A stretch of DNA of 64,000 nt from an uncultured delta proteobacterium (GCA_963803435.1 CAWDML010000005.1:456252-520251), one strand, 5' to 3'; shown: positions 19,769 through 33,609, counted from the first letter of the stretch. The notes: generated from the letters alone by a model not told the origin. Translations and numbers: made by a program.

Positions 19769-20284
19769 ATGGTACGCGAGAATTCGATGGTTTGCGTTTA
19801 CAACACCCACACCGAAGCAGAGGCCGCCGTGAAGACGCTTCAGACTGCTGGCTTCGACATGAAGAAGCTCTCGATCGTGGGGAAGGAGTATCACACCGAG
19901 GAACACCCGATCGGCTATTACAACACGGGCGATCGGATGAAGTATTGGGGCAGCCGGGGCGCGTTCTGGGGCGGTCTTTGGGGGTTCCTGTTTGGTTCAG
20001 CTTTCTTCCTCATCCCCGGAATCGGCCCGCTGGTGGTGGCAGGTCCGCTTGTCTCCTGGATCGTCGGCGCGCTCGAAGGCGCGGCTGTCGTCGGCGGACT
20101 GAGCGCTCTCGGCGCCGGCCTCTATAGCATCGGGATCCCTAAGGACAGCGTGGTCAAATACGAAACGGCGATCAAGTCCGGGAGGTTTCTGCTGCTTGCC
20201 CACGGAACAGCCGCAGACGTGTCCAGGGCCAAGGAAATTGTATTTTCGACGAAGCCGGCAGAATCCGACGTGCATCTCGCGTGA
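19769..20284 (+). CDS. General stress / DUF1269-like membrane protein
   Basis: AEAAVK.L..AGFDMKKLSIVGK, Gly-rich GAFWGGLWG...IPGIGP segment. Confidence 0.85.
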   Translation: MVRENSMVCVYNTHTEAEAAVKTLQTAGFDMKKLSIVGKEYHTEEHPIGYYNTGDRMKYWGSRGAFWGGLWGFLFGSAFFLIPGIGPLVVAGPLVSWIVGALEGAAVVGGLSALGAGLYSIGIPKDSVVKYETAIKSGRFLLLAHGTAADVSRAKEIVFSTKPAESDVHLA

Positions 20285-20407
20285 ACCACTGACTCCAACA
20301 TCGTCGGTACGCGCGTCTCGACACGCCCTGGCGGCCCGCTCCAGAGCTTCCAGGAGACCGCGAGCCAACAAGGGCGCCGACCCGAGCACGGAGAGAAGGA
20401 GGACGGC

Positions 20408-21412
20408 TTGAAATTGGGAATGGTCGGCCTCGGCCGAATGGGCTCCAACATGGTTCGCCGTCTGATCGGAAGCGGACATCAATGCGTCGTTTTCGATATT
20501 CAGCCAGCGGCCGTCCTCGAGCTGGGCAAAGCGGGCGCGATCGCGACGCGATCGTTGGCCGAATTCATCTCCAAGCTGGAGACACCGCGGGCGATCTGGA
20601 TCATGGTGCCCGCGTCCGTCGTAGATTCCACGCTCAGCGAGCTGACCACGTTCTTGGCGCCTGACGACGTCGTCATCGACGGAGGCAACTCGTACTATCA
20701 CGACGACATTCGACGGGCAGAGACGCTGAGAAGAAGCGGAGTCCACTATGTGGACGTCGGCACCTCAGGCGGCGTCTGGGGTTTGGATCGCGGTTACTGC
20801 CAAATGATCGGCGGCGAGGCCGCGATCGTGAAAAGGCTCGACGGCATCTTTGCCGCGTTGGCTCCTGGCCAAGAGGGAGCGCCAAAGGATGATCGCGATA
20901 GGAGCCGCACCGCCCAGCGGGGCTACATCCACTGCGGATCCTCGGGTGCCGGGCATTTCGTCAAGATGGTTCACAACGGGATCGAGTACGGGCTCATGGC
21001 GGCGTACGCGGAAGGGCTCAGCATCCTCCGCCACGCCAACGCCGGGAAGGCTGAGCGCGCGGCCGACGCCGAGACCACGCCGCTTCGGCACCCGGAACAC
21101 TACCTGTACGACCTGAACCTCCCCGACATCGTCGAGGCATGGCGGCACGGTAGTGTCATCGGTTCCTGGCTTCTCGAGCTCACCGGCGTGGCGCTGACGG
21201 AGAGCCCCGACCTCAGCCGATTCGCGGGCCGTGTCTCCGACTCGGGTGAGGGACGATGGACGCTCAAAGCGTCTATCGACGAGGGCGTGCCCGCACCCGT
21301 CTTGAGCGCCGCGTTGATGCAGCGCTTTGCTTCTCGGGGCGAGGAGGACTTCGCCAACAAGCTGCTCTCCGCGCTGCGGTTCCAGTTCGGCGGACACGTG
21401 GAGAAGCGCTGA
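20408..21412 (+). CDS. gnd: Decarboxylating 6-phosphogluconate dehydrogenase (short type)
   Basis: GLGRMG, IDGGNS, SGG, GHFVKMVHNGIEY, SDSGEGRW. Confidence 0.95.
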   Translation: MKLGMVGLGRMGSNMVRRLIGSGHQCVVFDIQPAAVLELGKAGAIATRSLAEFISKLETPRAIWIMVPASVVDSTLSELTTFLAPDDVVIDGGNSYYHDDIRRAETLRRSGVHYVDVGTSGGVWGLDRGYCQMIGGEAAIVKRLDGIFAALAPGQEGAPKDDRDRSRTAQRGYIHCGSSGAGHFVKMVHNGIEYGLMAAYAEGLSILRHANAGKAERAADAETTPLRHPEHYLYDLNLPDIVEAWRHGSVIGSWLLELTGVALTESPDLSRFAGRVSDSGEGRWTLKASIDEGVPAPVLSAALMQRFASRGEEDFANKLLSALRFQFGGHVEKR

Positions 21413-21453
21413 GAAGATGGTTGTCTGCCAAAAAACACCGTGAATGAGCCCGC

Positions 21454-23988
21454 ATGACCAAAGCAACACCTCCCCATGGACTTCTGCCCGCTGAAGTCGA
21501 CGCGTTCGAGGCGCTTTCGGAGCTGGCCTTGGATATGCGTTGGTCGTGGAATCACGCGACCGACGAGGTGTGGCGACGGCTCGATCCTGCGCTCTGGGCG
21601 ATCACGCACAATCCGTGGGCGGTGCTGCAGACGGCCTCGCGCGACGAGATCAAGCGCGTCTTCGCCGATTCTGAGTTTCGAACGCAGGTGGATCTCCTCG
21701 TGCGAGACCGTCAGCAAGCACTGAACGCGCCGACCTGGTTTCAGCAGCACCATCCACACGGATCCCTCGGCTGCGTGGCCTATTTCAGCATGGAATTCAT
21801 GCTCAGCGAAGCTTTGCCCATCTACTCGGGCGGTCTTGGCAATGTCGCAGGCGATCAACTCAAAGCGATGAGTGATCTGGGCGTGCCCGCGGTCGGCGTA
21901 GGCCTCTTGTATCAACAGGGCTATTTTCGCCAGGTGATCGACAAGGAGGGTGCGCAGCAGGCCCTCTTTCCATACAACGATCCTGGGCAGCTTCCGATCA
22001 CACCGTTGCGTCGGTCCAACGGTGAGTGGTTGCGCTTGGAGATTGCCTTGCCCGGTTATTCGGTTTGGTTGCGCGCGTGGCAGGCTCAGGTCGGCCGCGT
22101 GAAGCTCTTTCTGTTGGACAGCAACGACCCAGCGAACTTGCCCGCTCACCGCGCCATTACCAGCGAGCTCTATGGCGGCGGGCCAGAGCTGCGCCTCAAG
22201 CAGGAGTTGCTGCTCGGGATCGGTGGATGGCGACTGCTGGATGCGCTCAGCGTCGCGCCCGAAGTCTGCCATCTCAATGAAGGACATGCTGCCTTTGCCG
22301 TGCTGGAGCGGGCCCGGAGTTTCATGGAAGCGGCCGGGCAGCCCTTCGAGGTTGCGCTGAGCGTCACTCGCGCCGGGAACCTGTTCACGACCCACACCGC
22401 TGTGGCCGCCGGCTTCGACCGTTTCACTCCCGCGCTTATCGAGCAGTATCTCCGAGGCTATGCGGAGGAGAAGCTTGGGATCCCGGTGCACGAGCTCTTG
22501 GGCCTCGGCCGGCAGAATCCAAACGACACCTCCGAGCCGTTCAACATGGCGTACTTGGCGATCCGCGGGAGCGGATCCGTCAACGGCGTGAGTCGCCTGC
22601 ACGGGAAGGTGAGCCGACAGATCTTCGAGCCGCTCTTTCCCCACTGGCCGGAGGACGAAGTGCCGGTTGGGCATGTGACCAACGGCGTTCACATGCCGAC
22701 CTGGGATTCGGAAGCCGCCGATGCTCTCTGGACCGAAGCCTGTGGAAAGGATCGATGGCTGGGGGCGGCGGACACCTTGGAGCACGACATTCGCCGTGTC
22801 TCCGACGCCAAACTCTGGGAACTGCACTCCGCTGCCAGCAGCTCTCTGGTCACCTATGCCCGCGAACGCTTGTCCCGGCAGCTGACCGCCTCGGGTGCCT
22901 CGCCCGCGGCGGTGGACAACGCAAAACATGTACTCGACCCCAATGCCCTGACCCTGGGCTTTGCCCGCAGATTTGCGACTTACAAAAGGCCGAACTTGTT
23001 ACTGCATGATCCGGCGCGGCTGCTTCGCCTTCTCGCCAATCCCGCGCGCCCGGTGCAGCTGATCCTGGCCGGCAAAGCTCACCCGGCCGATCGAGCGGGG
23101 CAGGACTTGATCCAAGAATGGATTCGCTTCATTCGCCGGCCCGAGGCGCGACCCCACGTGGTCTTCTTGAGCGACTACGACATGCTCTTGACGGAGCATC
23201 TGGTGCGCGGGGTGGACGTCTGGATCAACACGCCGCGGCGACCCTGGGAGGCGTGCGGAACGAGCGGCATGAAGGTGCTGGTCAACGGCGGCATCAATCT
23301 TTCGGAGTTGGACGGTTGGTGGGCGGAGGCGTACGCGCCCGAGCTGGGGTGGGCGCTGGGGGATGGCCGTGAGCACGGCGATGATCCCGCGTGGGACGCC
23401 GTCGAGGCGGATGCGCTCTACGACCTCCTCGAGCGAGAGGTGATCCCGGAGTTTTACACCCGCGACCAGCGGGCCATTCCCACGGCGTGGGTCCGACGGA
23501 TGCGGGAGAGTATGGCGCGGTTGACGCCTCGCTTCTCGACCAACCGAACCGTCCACGAATACACCGAGCAACATTACCTGCCAGCGGCTCGCGCCTACCG
23601 CACCCGGATGGCCAACAAGGGGGCGATTGGAGCGCGAATCGTCGACTGGCAGCATCGGCTGAACGAGAAGTGGAACGAGGTATCGTTCGGCGAGGCGAAG
23701 GTCGAAACCTATGGCGAGCAGCATCGATTTGACCTTCAGGTCCATCTCGATGGTCTAGACCCGGACGCGCTGCGTGTGGAGCTCTACGCTGACGCCATCC
23801 CAGGTGGTGCTCCAGTCCGACAAGGGATGAAGCGAATCCGACGGATGGCCGGTCCCTCCAACTCATACCTTTACAGCGGAGCGGTGTCCGCGAGCCGTCC
23901 AGCAGCGGATTATACGGCGCGTGTCATACCGCACTTTGACGACGTCGCGATCCCGCTCGAAGAGCGCCGCATCCGGTGGCAGCGATGA
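21454..23988 (+). CDS. glgP: Alpha-glucan (glycogen) phosphorylase
   Basis: YSGGLG, HLNEGH, GFARRFATYKR, EACGTSGMK PLP motif. Confidence 0.96.
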   Translation: MTKATPPHGLLPAEVDAFEALSELALDMRWSWNHATDEVWRRLDPALWAITHNPWAVLQTASRDEIKRVFADSEFRTQVDLLVRDRQQALNAPTWFQQHHPHGSLGCVAYFSMEFMLSEALPIYSGGLGNVAGDQLKAMSDLGVPAVGVGLLYQQGYFRQVIDKEGAQQALFPYNDPGQLPITPLRRSNGEWLRLEIALPGYSVWLRAWQAQVGRVKLFLLDSNDPANLPAHRAITSELYGGGPELRLKQELLLGIGGWRLLDALSVAPEVCHLNEGHAAFAVLERARSFMEAAGQPFEVALSVTRAGNLFTTHTAVAAGFDRFTPALIEQYLRGYAEEKLGIPVHELLGLGRQNPNDTSEPFNMAYLAIRGSGSVNGVSRLHGKVSRQIFEPLFPHWPEDEVPVGHVTNGVHMPTWDSEAADALWTEACGKDRWLGAADTLEHDIRRVSDAKLWELHSAASSSLVTYARERLSRQLTASGASPAAVDNAKHVLDPNALTLGFARRFATYKRPNLLLHDPARLLRLLANPARPVQLILAGKAHPADRAGQDLIQEWIRFIRRPEARPHVVFLSDYDMLLTEHLVRGVDVWINTPRRPWEACGTSGMKVLVNGGINLSELDGWWAEAYAPELGWALGDGREHGDDPAWDAVEADALYDLLEREVIPEFYTRDQRAIPTAWVRRMRESMARLTPRFSTNRTVHEYTEQHYLPAARAYRTRMANKGAIGARIVDWQHRLNEKWNEVSFGEAKVETYGEQHRFDLQVHLDGLDPDALRVELYADAIPGGAPVRQGMKRIRRMAGPSNSYLYSGAVSASRPAADYTARVIPHFDDVAIPLEERRIRWQR

Positions 23989-24614
23989 AGATCGCGTCGG
24001 TCAGCTGTGTGTTTCTGGACATCGGCGGCGTCCTGCTCACCGACGGTTGGAATCATCGCGCCCGAAAACGTGCGGCGACCACCTTCGAGCTAAAGCAAAC
24101 CGAGATGGAGGAGCGTCATCGCGTCGCCTTCGATACCTACGAGGAGGGCAAGCTCTCCCTCGACGATTACTTGGATCTGGTCGTTTTCTACCAGAAGCGT
24201 CCCTTCACGAGGGTTCGGTTTCGGCGCTTCATGTTCGCCCAGTCGAAAGCACATCCGGACATGATCCGGCTGCTCGCCCGACTCAAAGCCCAGCACGGGG
24301 TCAAGGTTGTCGTGGTGAGCAACGAAGGGCGCGAGCTGAATGCCCACCGGATCCGAACGTTCAAGCTTTGTGACCTGGTCGACGCCTTTGTTTCCTCCTG
24401 CTTCGTCCATCTCCGCAAGCCCGACGCAGACATCTATCGACTCGCCTTGGACGTCGCGCAGGTACCACCCGAGCGGGTGGTCTACCTCGAGAATACTCCG
24501 CTATTCATCCCGATTGCGGAAGCGCTCGGGATTCGATGCGTTCTTCACACCGATTACAATTCCACCCGCGCCAAACTCGCCTCGCTCGGGCTGCAGGACG
24601 AAGGCCACGGATGA
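23985..24614 (+). CDS. HAD-family phosphatase
   Basis: DIGGVL motif I, SN, RKPD; ATGA overlap with glgP. Confidence 0.9.
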   Translation: MKIASVSCVFLDIGGVLLTDGWNHRARKRAATTFELKQTEMEERHRVAFDTYEEGKLSLDDYLDLVVFYQKRPFTRVRFRRFMFAQSKAHPDMIRLLARLKAQHGVKVVVVSNEGRELNAHRIRTFKLCDLVDAFVSSCFVHLRKPDADIYRLALDVAQVPPERVVYLENTPLFIPIAEALGIRCVLHTDYNSTRAKLASLGLQDEGHG

Positions 24615-25819
24615 ATACCGCGGCCCCACGGATCCTGACGATCAACGCCGGCTCCTCGAGCGTCAAGTTCGCGCTGTTCGAGACCGATGCGTCGCTCCGG
24701 CCGGTGCTCGCGGGCGCGATCGAACGAATCGGACAGTCGAAGTGCAGCTGGCGGGTGCGGGGCGCGAACCCGGCCGAAGACTTTTCACGGCCGTTGACCG
24801 CGCCGGATCACCCGGCGGCCACCAGTGCATTGATGGATTGGATCGAGAACCGTCGCGAGCGTGACGCCTTTGTCGCGGTGGGGCATCGCATCGTCCAGGG
24901 TGGGCCGAAGTACCGCGAGCCGCAGCGCATCACGCAGCAAATGGTCGAGGACCTCGAGCGGGTTCGTCCGTTCGATCCCGAGCATCTACCGGCGGAGATT
25001 CTGCTCACGCAAGCGTTCCACCGTCGATTTCCCGAGTTGCCTCAAGTGGCGTGCTTCGACACGGCGTTTCATCGCGACCTGCCGCGCGTCGCCGAGATCT
25101 TGCCGATCCCGCGCCGCTACCAGGCCCAGGGCGTGCGGCGATACGGCTTTCATGGGTTGTCGTACGCGTTTCAGCTGGAAGAGCTCGCGCGTCTGGCTGG
25201 AACCCATACGGCAGAAGGGCGGGTCGTCCTCGCCCACCTCGGCAACGGTGCCAGCCTGGCGGCGGTGCGTGACGGCAAGCCGGTGGACACCAGCATGAGC
25301 TTCACCCCGGCCAGCGGCGTGGCGATGGGAACGCGCTCAGGTGATCTCGATCCGGGGTTGGTTTGGTATCTCGCGCTGACAGAGAAGCAGACCGCAAAGC
25401 AGTTCAACGAGATGGTCAATTCACAGTCTGGGCTGCTCGGCATCTCCGAAACGAGCTCCGATATGCGCGACCTGTTGGCGTCAGAGACGGGGGACGTCCG
25501 CGCGGCCGAGGCAGTCGCCTTGTTTTGCTACCAGGTGAAGAAGTGCATCGGCTCCTTCGCGGCCGCACTCTCTGGATTGGACACTCTGGTCTTCGCTGGA
25601 GGTATCGGCGAGAACGCGCCCACGGTACGCGCCCGCATCTGCGGTGGACTCGAATTCCTCGGGATCACGCTCGAAGCAGAGAGAAACGCAGCGAGCCAGG
25701 CCGTGATCTCGAGCGCGGCCAGCCGCGTTGTCGTCCGCGTGATCCGTACAGATGAAGAGCGCATGATCGCGCAGGTCACCTGTCGCGTCCTCGAACTCGG
25801 CTCGAAGGTGGAGACCTAG
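24611..25819 (+). CDS. ackA: Acetate/propionate kinase
   Basis: INAGSSSVK, FDTAFH, RRYGFHG, HLGNGAS, GGIGEN, TDEE. Confidence 0.95.
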   Translation: MNTAAPRILTINAGSSSVKFALFETDASLRPVLAGAIERIGQSKCSWRVRGANPAEDFSRPLTAPDHPAATSALMDWIENRRERDAFVAVGHRIVQGGPKYREPQRITQQMVEDLERVRPFDPEHLPAEILLTQAFHRRFPELPQVACFDTAFHRDLPRVAEILPIPRRYQAQGVRRYGFHGLSYAFQLEELARLAGTHTAEGRVVLAHLGNGASLAAVRDGKPVDTSMSFTPASGVAMGTRSGDLDPGLVWYLALTEKQTAKQFNEMVNSQSGLLGISETSSDMRDLLASETGDVRAAEAVALFCYQVKKCIGSFAAALSGLDTLVFAGGIGENAPTVRARICGGLEFLGITLEAERNAASQAVISSAASRVVVRVIRTDEERMIAQVTCRVLELGSKVET

Positions 25820-25822
25820 AAC

Positions 25823-28186
25823 ATGAAGACCACGCTCACACCGGATCTACTCCGCCGGATCGATGCCTACTGGCGGGCGGCCAACTATCTCGCGGTCGGG
25901 CAGATCTACCTCTACGACAATCCCTTGTTGAAGCGACCCCTGACGCTGGGGGACGTCAAGCACATGCTGCTGGGACACTGGGGCACGACCCCCGGGCAGA
26001 ATTTCATCTACGTGCATTTGAACCGCGTCATCCAAAAATACGCTCTCGACATGATCTACGTTTCGGGCCCTGGGCACGGCGGCCCGGCGATCGTCGGCAA
26101 TACCTACCTCGAGGGCACCTATAGCGAGATCTATCCCGACATCAGCCAGGATGAGGCTGGGCTTCGAAAACTTTTCCTGCAGTTCTCATTTCCGGGAGGG
26201 ATCCCCAGTCATACCTCGCCAGAATGTCCCGGGTCGATTCACGAGGGCGGTGAGCTCGGATACTCGCTCAGCCACTCGTTCGGCGCGGTGTTCGACAATC
26301 CCAACCTTGTCGTCGCTTGTATCGTCGGGGACGGCGAGGCGGAGACTGGCCCTCTGGCCACTGCGTGGCATTCGAACAAGTTTCTCGATCCGGCCACCGA
26401 CGGCTGTGTGCTTCCAATTCTGCACCTCAATGGCTACAAGATCTCCAATCCGAGCGTCCTCGCCCGCGTTACGCGCGAGGAGCTGGAGCAGCTGCTGCGC
26501 GGTTACGGATGGACGCCCTACTTCGTCGAAGGGCATCAGCCCGCACCGATGCACGAGGCCATGGCGGTGGCCCTCGACAAGTCGGTGGAGCAGATCAAGA
26601 AGATCCAAGAGGACGCCCGCGTCCACGGCAACATCGCGCGTCCCCGCTGGCCGATGATCGTCCTCAATTCTCCCAAGGGGTGGACGGGCCCGAAAGTGGT
26701 CGATGGTCTACAGGTTGAAGGCACGTTCCGCTCGCACCAAGTGCCGCTTCATCCGGCGACCCATCCCGGACACCTCGAACAGCTCGAGCGGTGGCTCTTG
26801 AGCTACCGACCCGCTGAGCTCTTCGACGAGCAGGGCCGCCTGAAGTCGGAGCTCTCCGAACTTGCGCCGAAGGGCGATCACCGGATGGGCGCGAACCCGC
26901 ACGCCAACGGCGGCATGCTGCTTCGCGACCTACGTATGCCAGACTTTCTTGAGTATGGGGCCGAGGTGCAATCGCCCGGTGTGCCCGGCATCGGCGACAC
27001 CCATGTGCTCGGGCGCTTTCTCCGCGACGTCTTGAAGCAGAACGCGGAACAGCGGAACTTTCGTGTCTTCGGCCCGGACGAGACGCTCTCGAACGGTCTC
27101 GAGGCTCTGTTTGCGACTACGCAGCGCCAGTGGGACGCCGCAACGGTGCCGAACGATGAATTTCTCGCGCCGGCCGGGCGCGTGATGGAGATGCTCAGCG
27201 AGCACCAATGTGAAGGCTGGCTAGAGGGATACCTGCTCACCGGGCGGCACGGGATCTTCAACTGCTACGAGGCCTTCATCCACATCATCGATTCGATGTT
27301 CAACCAGCACGCCAAGTGGCTGAAGGTCAGCGCAGGCCTGCCGTGGCGACGCAAGATCGCCTCCTTGAACTATCTTTTGGCTTCGCACGTCTGGCGCCAA
27401 GACCACAACGGCTTCACGCATCAGGATCCGGGCTTCATCGACCACGTCGTCAATAAGAAGGCCGAGATCGTGCGGGTCTATCTTCCGCCGGACGCGAACT
27501 GCCTGCTCTCCGTGATGGATCACTGCCTGCGCAGCCGCCACTACGTCAACGTGGTCATCGCCGGCAAGCATCCAGCGCCGCAGTGGTTGACGATGGACCA
27601 AGCCATCAAGCACTGCGCCGAGGGCATCGGCATTTGGCAATGGGCCAGCAACGACCAGGCCGAGGCCCCCGACGCGGTGATGGCTTGCTGTGGCGACGTG
27701 CCTACGCTGGAAGTACTCGCGGCGGTTTCGATCCTGCGGGAGCACTTTCCTGAGCTGAGGCTCCGGGTGGTCAACGTCGTCGACCTGATGAAGCTGCAGC
27801 CCGAGAGCGAGCACCCGCACGGACTGAGCGACGTCGACTTCGACGCGCTCTTCACCAAGGACAAGCCGGTGATCTTCGCTTTCCATGCCTATCCGTGGTT
27901 GATTCACCGGCTCACCTACCGCCGCACCAATCATCAGAACATTCACGTACGCGGCTACAAAGAGGAGGGCACCATCACGACGCCCTTCGACATGACGGTC
28001 CTCAACGATCTGGATCGCTTCCACCTCGTGATGGACACGATCGATCGACTGCCGCAGACGGGCGAAAAAGGCATCTACCTGAAGCAGCAGCTCGAGGATA
28101 AACTCATCGAACACAAGCAATACATCCGGAAGAACGGCCAGGATCTACCGGAGATTCGGAATTGGAAATGGAGCAATCCAACGTGA
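25823..28186 (+). CDS. xfp: Phosphoketolase (XFP family)
   Basis: [23 protein letters not shown] ThDP motif, [18 protein letters not shown]. Confidence 0.97.
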   Translation: MKTTLTPDLLRRIDAYWRAANYLAVGQIYLYDNPLLKRPLTLGDVKHMLLGHWGTTPGQNFIYVHLNRVIQKYALDMIYVSGPGHGGPAIVGNTYLEGTYSEIYPDISQDEAGLRKLFLQFSFPGGIPSHTSPECPGSIHEGGELGYSLSHSFGAVFDNPNLVVACIVGDGEAETGPLATAWHSNKFLDPATDGCVLPILHLNGYKISNPSVLARVTREELEQLLRGYGWTPYFVEGHQPAPMHEAMAVALDKSVEQIKKIQEDARVHGNIARPRWPMIVLNSPKGWTGPKVVDGLQVEGTFRSHQVPLHPATHPGHLEQLERWLLSYRPAELFDEQGRLKSELSELAPKGDHRMGANPHANGGMLLRDLRMPDFLEYGAEVQSPGVPGIGDTHVLGRFLRDVLKQNAEQRNFRVFGPDETLSNGLEALFATTQRQWDAATVPNDEFLAPAGRVMEMLSEHQCEGWLEGYLLTGRHGIFNCYEAFIHIIDSMFNQHAKWLKVSAGLPWRRKIASLNYLLASHVWRQDHNGFTHQDPGFIDHVVNKKAEIVRVYLPPDANCLLSVMDHCLRSRHYVNVVIAGKHPAPQWLTMDQAIKHCAEGIGIWQWASNDQAEAPDAVMACCGDVPTLEVLAAVSILREHFPELRLRVVNVVDLMKLQPESEHPHGLSDVDFDALFTKDKPVIFAFHAYPWLIHRLTYRRTNHQNIHVRGYKEEGTITTPFDMTVLNDLDRFHLVMDTIDRLPQTGEKGIYLKQQLEDKLIEHKQYIRKNGQDLPEIRNWKWSNPT

Positions 28187-28264
28187 TCGAGTCAGCGCGC
28201 GACCCTTCACGTCCGTCACGCGGCGACCTTTTGGGAGGGCTCTCGCAGGAGGGTCCATGAACCT

Positions 28265-29046
28265 ATGAAGAGGCTCATCGTGTTCGATCTGGATGGCACC
28301 CTTGCCGAGAGCAAGTCCTCGCTCGATGTCGAGATGGCAACGCTGCTCGGCAGACTTCTCAGCGTGGTCAAGGTGGCCGTCATATCTGGCGGTAGCTGGT
28401 CGCAATTCGAAACCCAGCTGCTCTCGCATCTACAGCCAGACGAACATCTGAAGCGTCTATCCATTTTGCCAACGTGCGGATCTCGGTTCTACCAATATGC
28501 AGCAGGGAGCTGGAAGAAGCTCTACGCAGAAGACTTCACGCCGGATGAAAGGGACAAGATCGTCGGCGCGCTCAAGAAGACCATCGCAGAAGCGGGCTTC
28601 AATCCCGAAAAGGTTTGGGGGGAAGTCATCGAAGATCGTGGAAGTCAGATCACGTTCTCTGCGTTGGGCCAAAAAGCGCCTCTCGAAGCGAAGGGCAAGT
28701 GGGACCCTGACTTTACCAAGCGAAAGGGCCTCAAGAAGATCCTCGACGAGCTCTTGCCGGAGTTCTCCGTGCGATTGGGCGGAACGACATCGATTGATGT
28801 CACGAAGCCGGGAATCGACAAAGCCTATGGGATAAAGAAGCTTCGAGCCATGCTTGCTATCTCAGTTCAGGAGATGATTTTCGTCGGCGACGCCTTGTTT
28901 CCTGGAGGGAACGACTATCCGGCGAAGGAAGCGGGCGTTGTATCGCTCCAGGTCAATGGTCCGAGCGAAACGAAACGCGTGATTGAAACAATCATCGCAT
29001 GCTTGGATTCCGCCCAATCCACCGGACTTCGTCGAGAGGAGAGTCC

Positions 29047-29050
<4 letters not shown>
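28265..29050 (+). CDS. HAD-IIB hydrolase (phosphomannomutase-like)
   Basis: FDLDGTL, EDRGSQIT, GGTTSID, GDALFPGGND. Confidence 0.9.
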
Positions 29051-31069
<2,019 letters not shown>

Positions 31070-31077
<8 letters not shown>

Positions 31078-31405
31078 CGCGCCGGCCAGCGGGCCCACGA
31101 AGAGCGGACCGACGCTCGCCCAGAACGTGGGGGCGAAGGCGGCGCGCAAACTCAAGGCGCGACAGAACCCGACCCACGTCTGGTTCGGCCTCGGCATGAT
31201 GGGGTTGATCGGCTGGTCGGTGGTGGTTCCGACGCTGCTCGGTGCCGCGCTCGGGATCTGGCTGGATGGGCGGCACCAGGGCACACATTCCTGGACGCTG
31301 GCGCTCTTGGTGGCCGGGCTCGTGCTCGGCTGCTTGAATGCCTGGCATTGGGTGGCCAAGGAGGACGCGGCCATGCGCGAAGAGCAGGAGGACAACGATG
31401 ATTGA
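31070..31405 (+). CDS. atpQ: N-ATPase AtpQ (AtpZ/AtpI family)
   Basis: GLIGWSVVVPTLLG..LG.WLD, two TM helices; canonical operon position. Confidence 0.88.
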
Positions 31406-31709
31406 AACGCTGGTCGGCGTGCTGTCGTGGGCGGCGGGCGCGGCGCTCGGGGCGACGTTCTTCGGCGGCTTGTGGTGGACCGTGCAAAAGGGCGTCGCGG
31501 CCAAACAGCCGGGCCTCTTGTTCCTCGGCAGCCTGCTTTTGCGGATCAGTATGGTGATGGTTGGGTTCTATTTCGTTGCCGCCGGGCATTGGGAGCGGAT
31601 GCTGTTGTGTCTCCTCGGATTCGTAATGGCCCAAGGCGCCGCGACCGGATGGGCGCGATGGCGAGAACGTCAAGTCCCCGTAAAGGAAGGGGCCAGCCAT
31701 GCGTCTTAG
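31398..31709 (+). CDS. atpR: N-ATPase AtpR subunit
   Basis: FFGGLWWTV, SLLLR motif; diagnostic of N-ATPase operons. Confidence 0.88.
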   Translation: MIETLVGVLSWAAGAALGATFFGGLWWTVQKGVAAKQPGLLFLGSLLLRISMVMVGFYFVAAGHWERMLLCLLGFVMAQGAATGWARWRERQVPVKEGASHAS

Positions 31710-32397
31710 CCCCGATGCGATGGTCTTTTGGCAACACGGTTTTCTCAAACTCAACGGCACCATCGTGTTCACCTGGATATTGATGTTCATCCTGGTCGTC
31801 GGCTCAAAACTCATCACCCGGAGACTTTCCGTCGAGCTGAAGCGATCGCGCTGGCAGAATGGCCTGGAAATTATCGTCACTGGGATCGAGAAGCAGATCG
31901 AAGAGGTCGGCCTCCGCGATCCCGAGAAGTATCTCGGCTTCTTGGGCACGCTCTTCCTGTTCGTCGGCACAGCCAGCTTGGGCACGGTCGTTCCTGGCTA
32001 CGAGCCGCCTACGGCCTCGCTTTCGACCACGGTGGCGCTCGCGCTGTGCGTGTTCGTGGCGGTTCCAGTGTTCGGCATCCGGGAGCGGGGGTTGGGTGGG
32101 TATCTGAAATCGTACATCGAGCCGACAGCCATCATGCTTCCATTCAACATCATCAGCGAGGCGTCTCGTACACTGGCTCTGGCGGTCAGGTTATTCGGCA
32201 ACATGATGAGCGGAGCGATGATCATTGGCATTCTTCTCACCATCACCCCGTTTGTTTTTCCGATCGTCATGACGACGCTCGGCCTGCTGACCGGAATGGT
32301 GCAGGCCTACATTTTCAGCATCCTCGCAGCAGTTTACATCGCCGCCGCCGCACAGGTCCGTAAACCCAAGAGTGAACCGGTGGAAATCGCAGCGTGA
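31699..32397 (+). CDS. atpB: ATPase F0 subunit a
   Basis: PPTASL, RTLALAVRLFGNM, QAYIF..L..VYI. Confidence 0.95.
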   Translation: MRLSPDAMVFWQHGFLKLNGTIVFTWILMFILVVGSKLITRRLSVELKRSRWQNGLEIIVTGIEKQIEEVGLRDPEKYLGFLGTLFLFVGTASLGTVVPGYEPPTASLSTTVALALCVFVAVPVFGIRERGLGGYLKSYIEPTAIMLPFNIISEASRTLALAVRLFGNMMSGAMIIGILLTITPFVFPIVMTTLGLLTGMVQAYIFSILAAVYIAAAAQVRKPKSEPVEIAA

Positions 32398-32421
32398 GCT
32401 ACGACCAGAATTGGAGAAGCC

Positions 32422-32703
32422 ATGGATAGCATGACGATCATCGCGGTGGCATCCATTGTCGTCGCTGGCCTCACCACCGGTTTTGGCACAATGGGGCCTG
32501 CGCTGGCGGAGGGGCGAGCCGTTGCGACGGCACTGAGCTCGTTGGCGCAGCAGCCGGACGCCTCCGCGACCATCACCCGGACATTATTCGTCGGCCTCGC
32601 GATGATCGAGTCCACGGCCATCTACTGCTTCGTCGTCTCGATGATCCTCATTTTCGCCAATCCGTTCTGGAATCACGTCATCGCTCAGACTGCGGGAAAG
32701 TGA
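32422..32703 (+). CDS. atpE: ATPase F0 subunit c
   Basis: PALAEG, AQQP loop, ESTAIY. Confidence 0.96.
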   Translation: MDSMTIIAVASIVVAGLTTGFGTMGPALAEGRAVATALSSLAQQPDASATITRTLFVGLAMIESTAIYCFVVSMILIFANPFWNHVIAQTAGK

Positions 32704-32706
32704 CCG

Positions 32707-33609
32707 ATGCTGATCGACTGGTTCACGGTCGGGGCCCAAGCGCTCAACTTCGTCATCCTCGTGGGGTTGATGAGACACTTTCTCTATAAGCCGATCCTCC
32801 ACGCCATCGATGCGCGTGAGAAGCTGATCGCCGGGGAGCTCGCCGACGCCAAGGCGAAGAAGGACGAAGCGCAGAAGGAACGCGAAGAGTTTCAGCGCAA
32901 GAACGGCGAGATCGACCAGGCGCGCGCCGGGCTCTTGAGCAAAGCAACAGACGAAGCGAAGGCCGAGCGTGAGCGGCTGCTGAATGAGGCGCGGCAGGCC
33001 GCGGACGTCTTGAGCACGAAACGACGCGAGATGCTCAAAGCCGAGGCCAATGACCTGCATCAAGTCATCGGCCGGCGGATCCAGGAGGAAGTGTTTGCCA
33101 TCGCGCGAAAGGCGCTGACTGACCTTGCCGGCACGAGCCTGGAGGAACGAATGAGCGGCGTGTTCGCTGATCGAGTGCGGCAGCTGGACGGACCGGCGAA
33201 AGCGCGCCTCGGCGACGCACTCAAGAAAGGGTCTGGCCCCGCGCTCGTCGAGAGCGCGTTCGACCTGTCTCCGCAGCAACGAGCTGCGATTCAAACGGCC
33301 CTCAACGAAACCTTCTCGGCCGACATCCGCCTCCGCTTCGAGACCGCGCCAGACATTGTCAGCGGGATCGAAGTTCCGCGAACGGTCAGAAGGTGGCGTG
33401 GAGCATCGCGGACTATCTCACGTCGCTCGAAAAGGGAGTCCATGCACTGCTAAGGAGCAGGACCAACCTGAAGCCAAAGCTGAAGAAAGTCGAGGAAACC
33501 GGAGGCCAAAGCGGACGCTAAAGCAGAGCCCCGGCCGGAGAGCCAGACCAAGGCCGATCCCAAGCCAAAGCCGACGCTAGATCCGAAGACTGTGAGCACT
33601 GGGTCATGA
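32707..33609 (+). CDS. atpF: ATPase subunit b with fused delta-like region, frameshifted after about 33375
   Basis: IDWFTV.AQ.LNF..L..L...LYKPI; [13 protein letters not shown] continues in another frame; a P/K-rich tail ends at TGA overlapping the atpA ATG. Confidence 0.88.
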
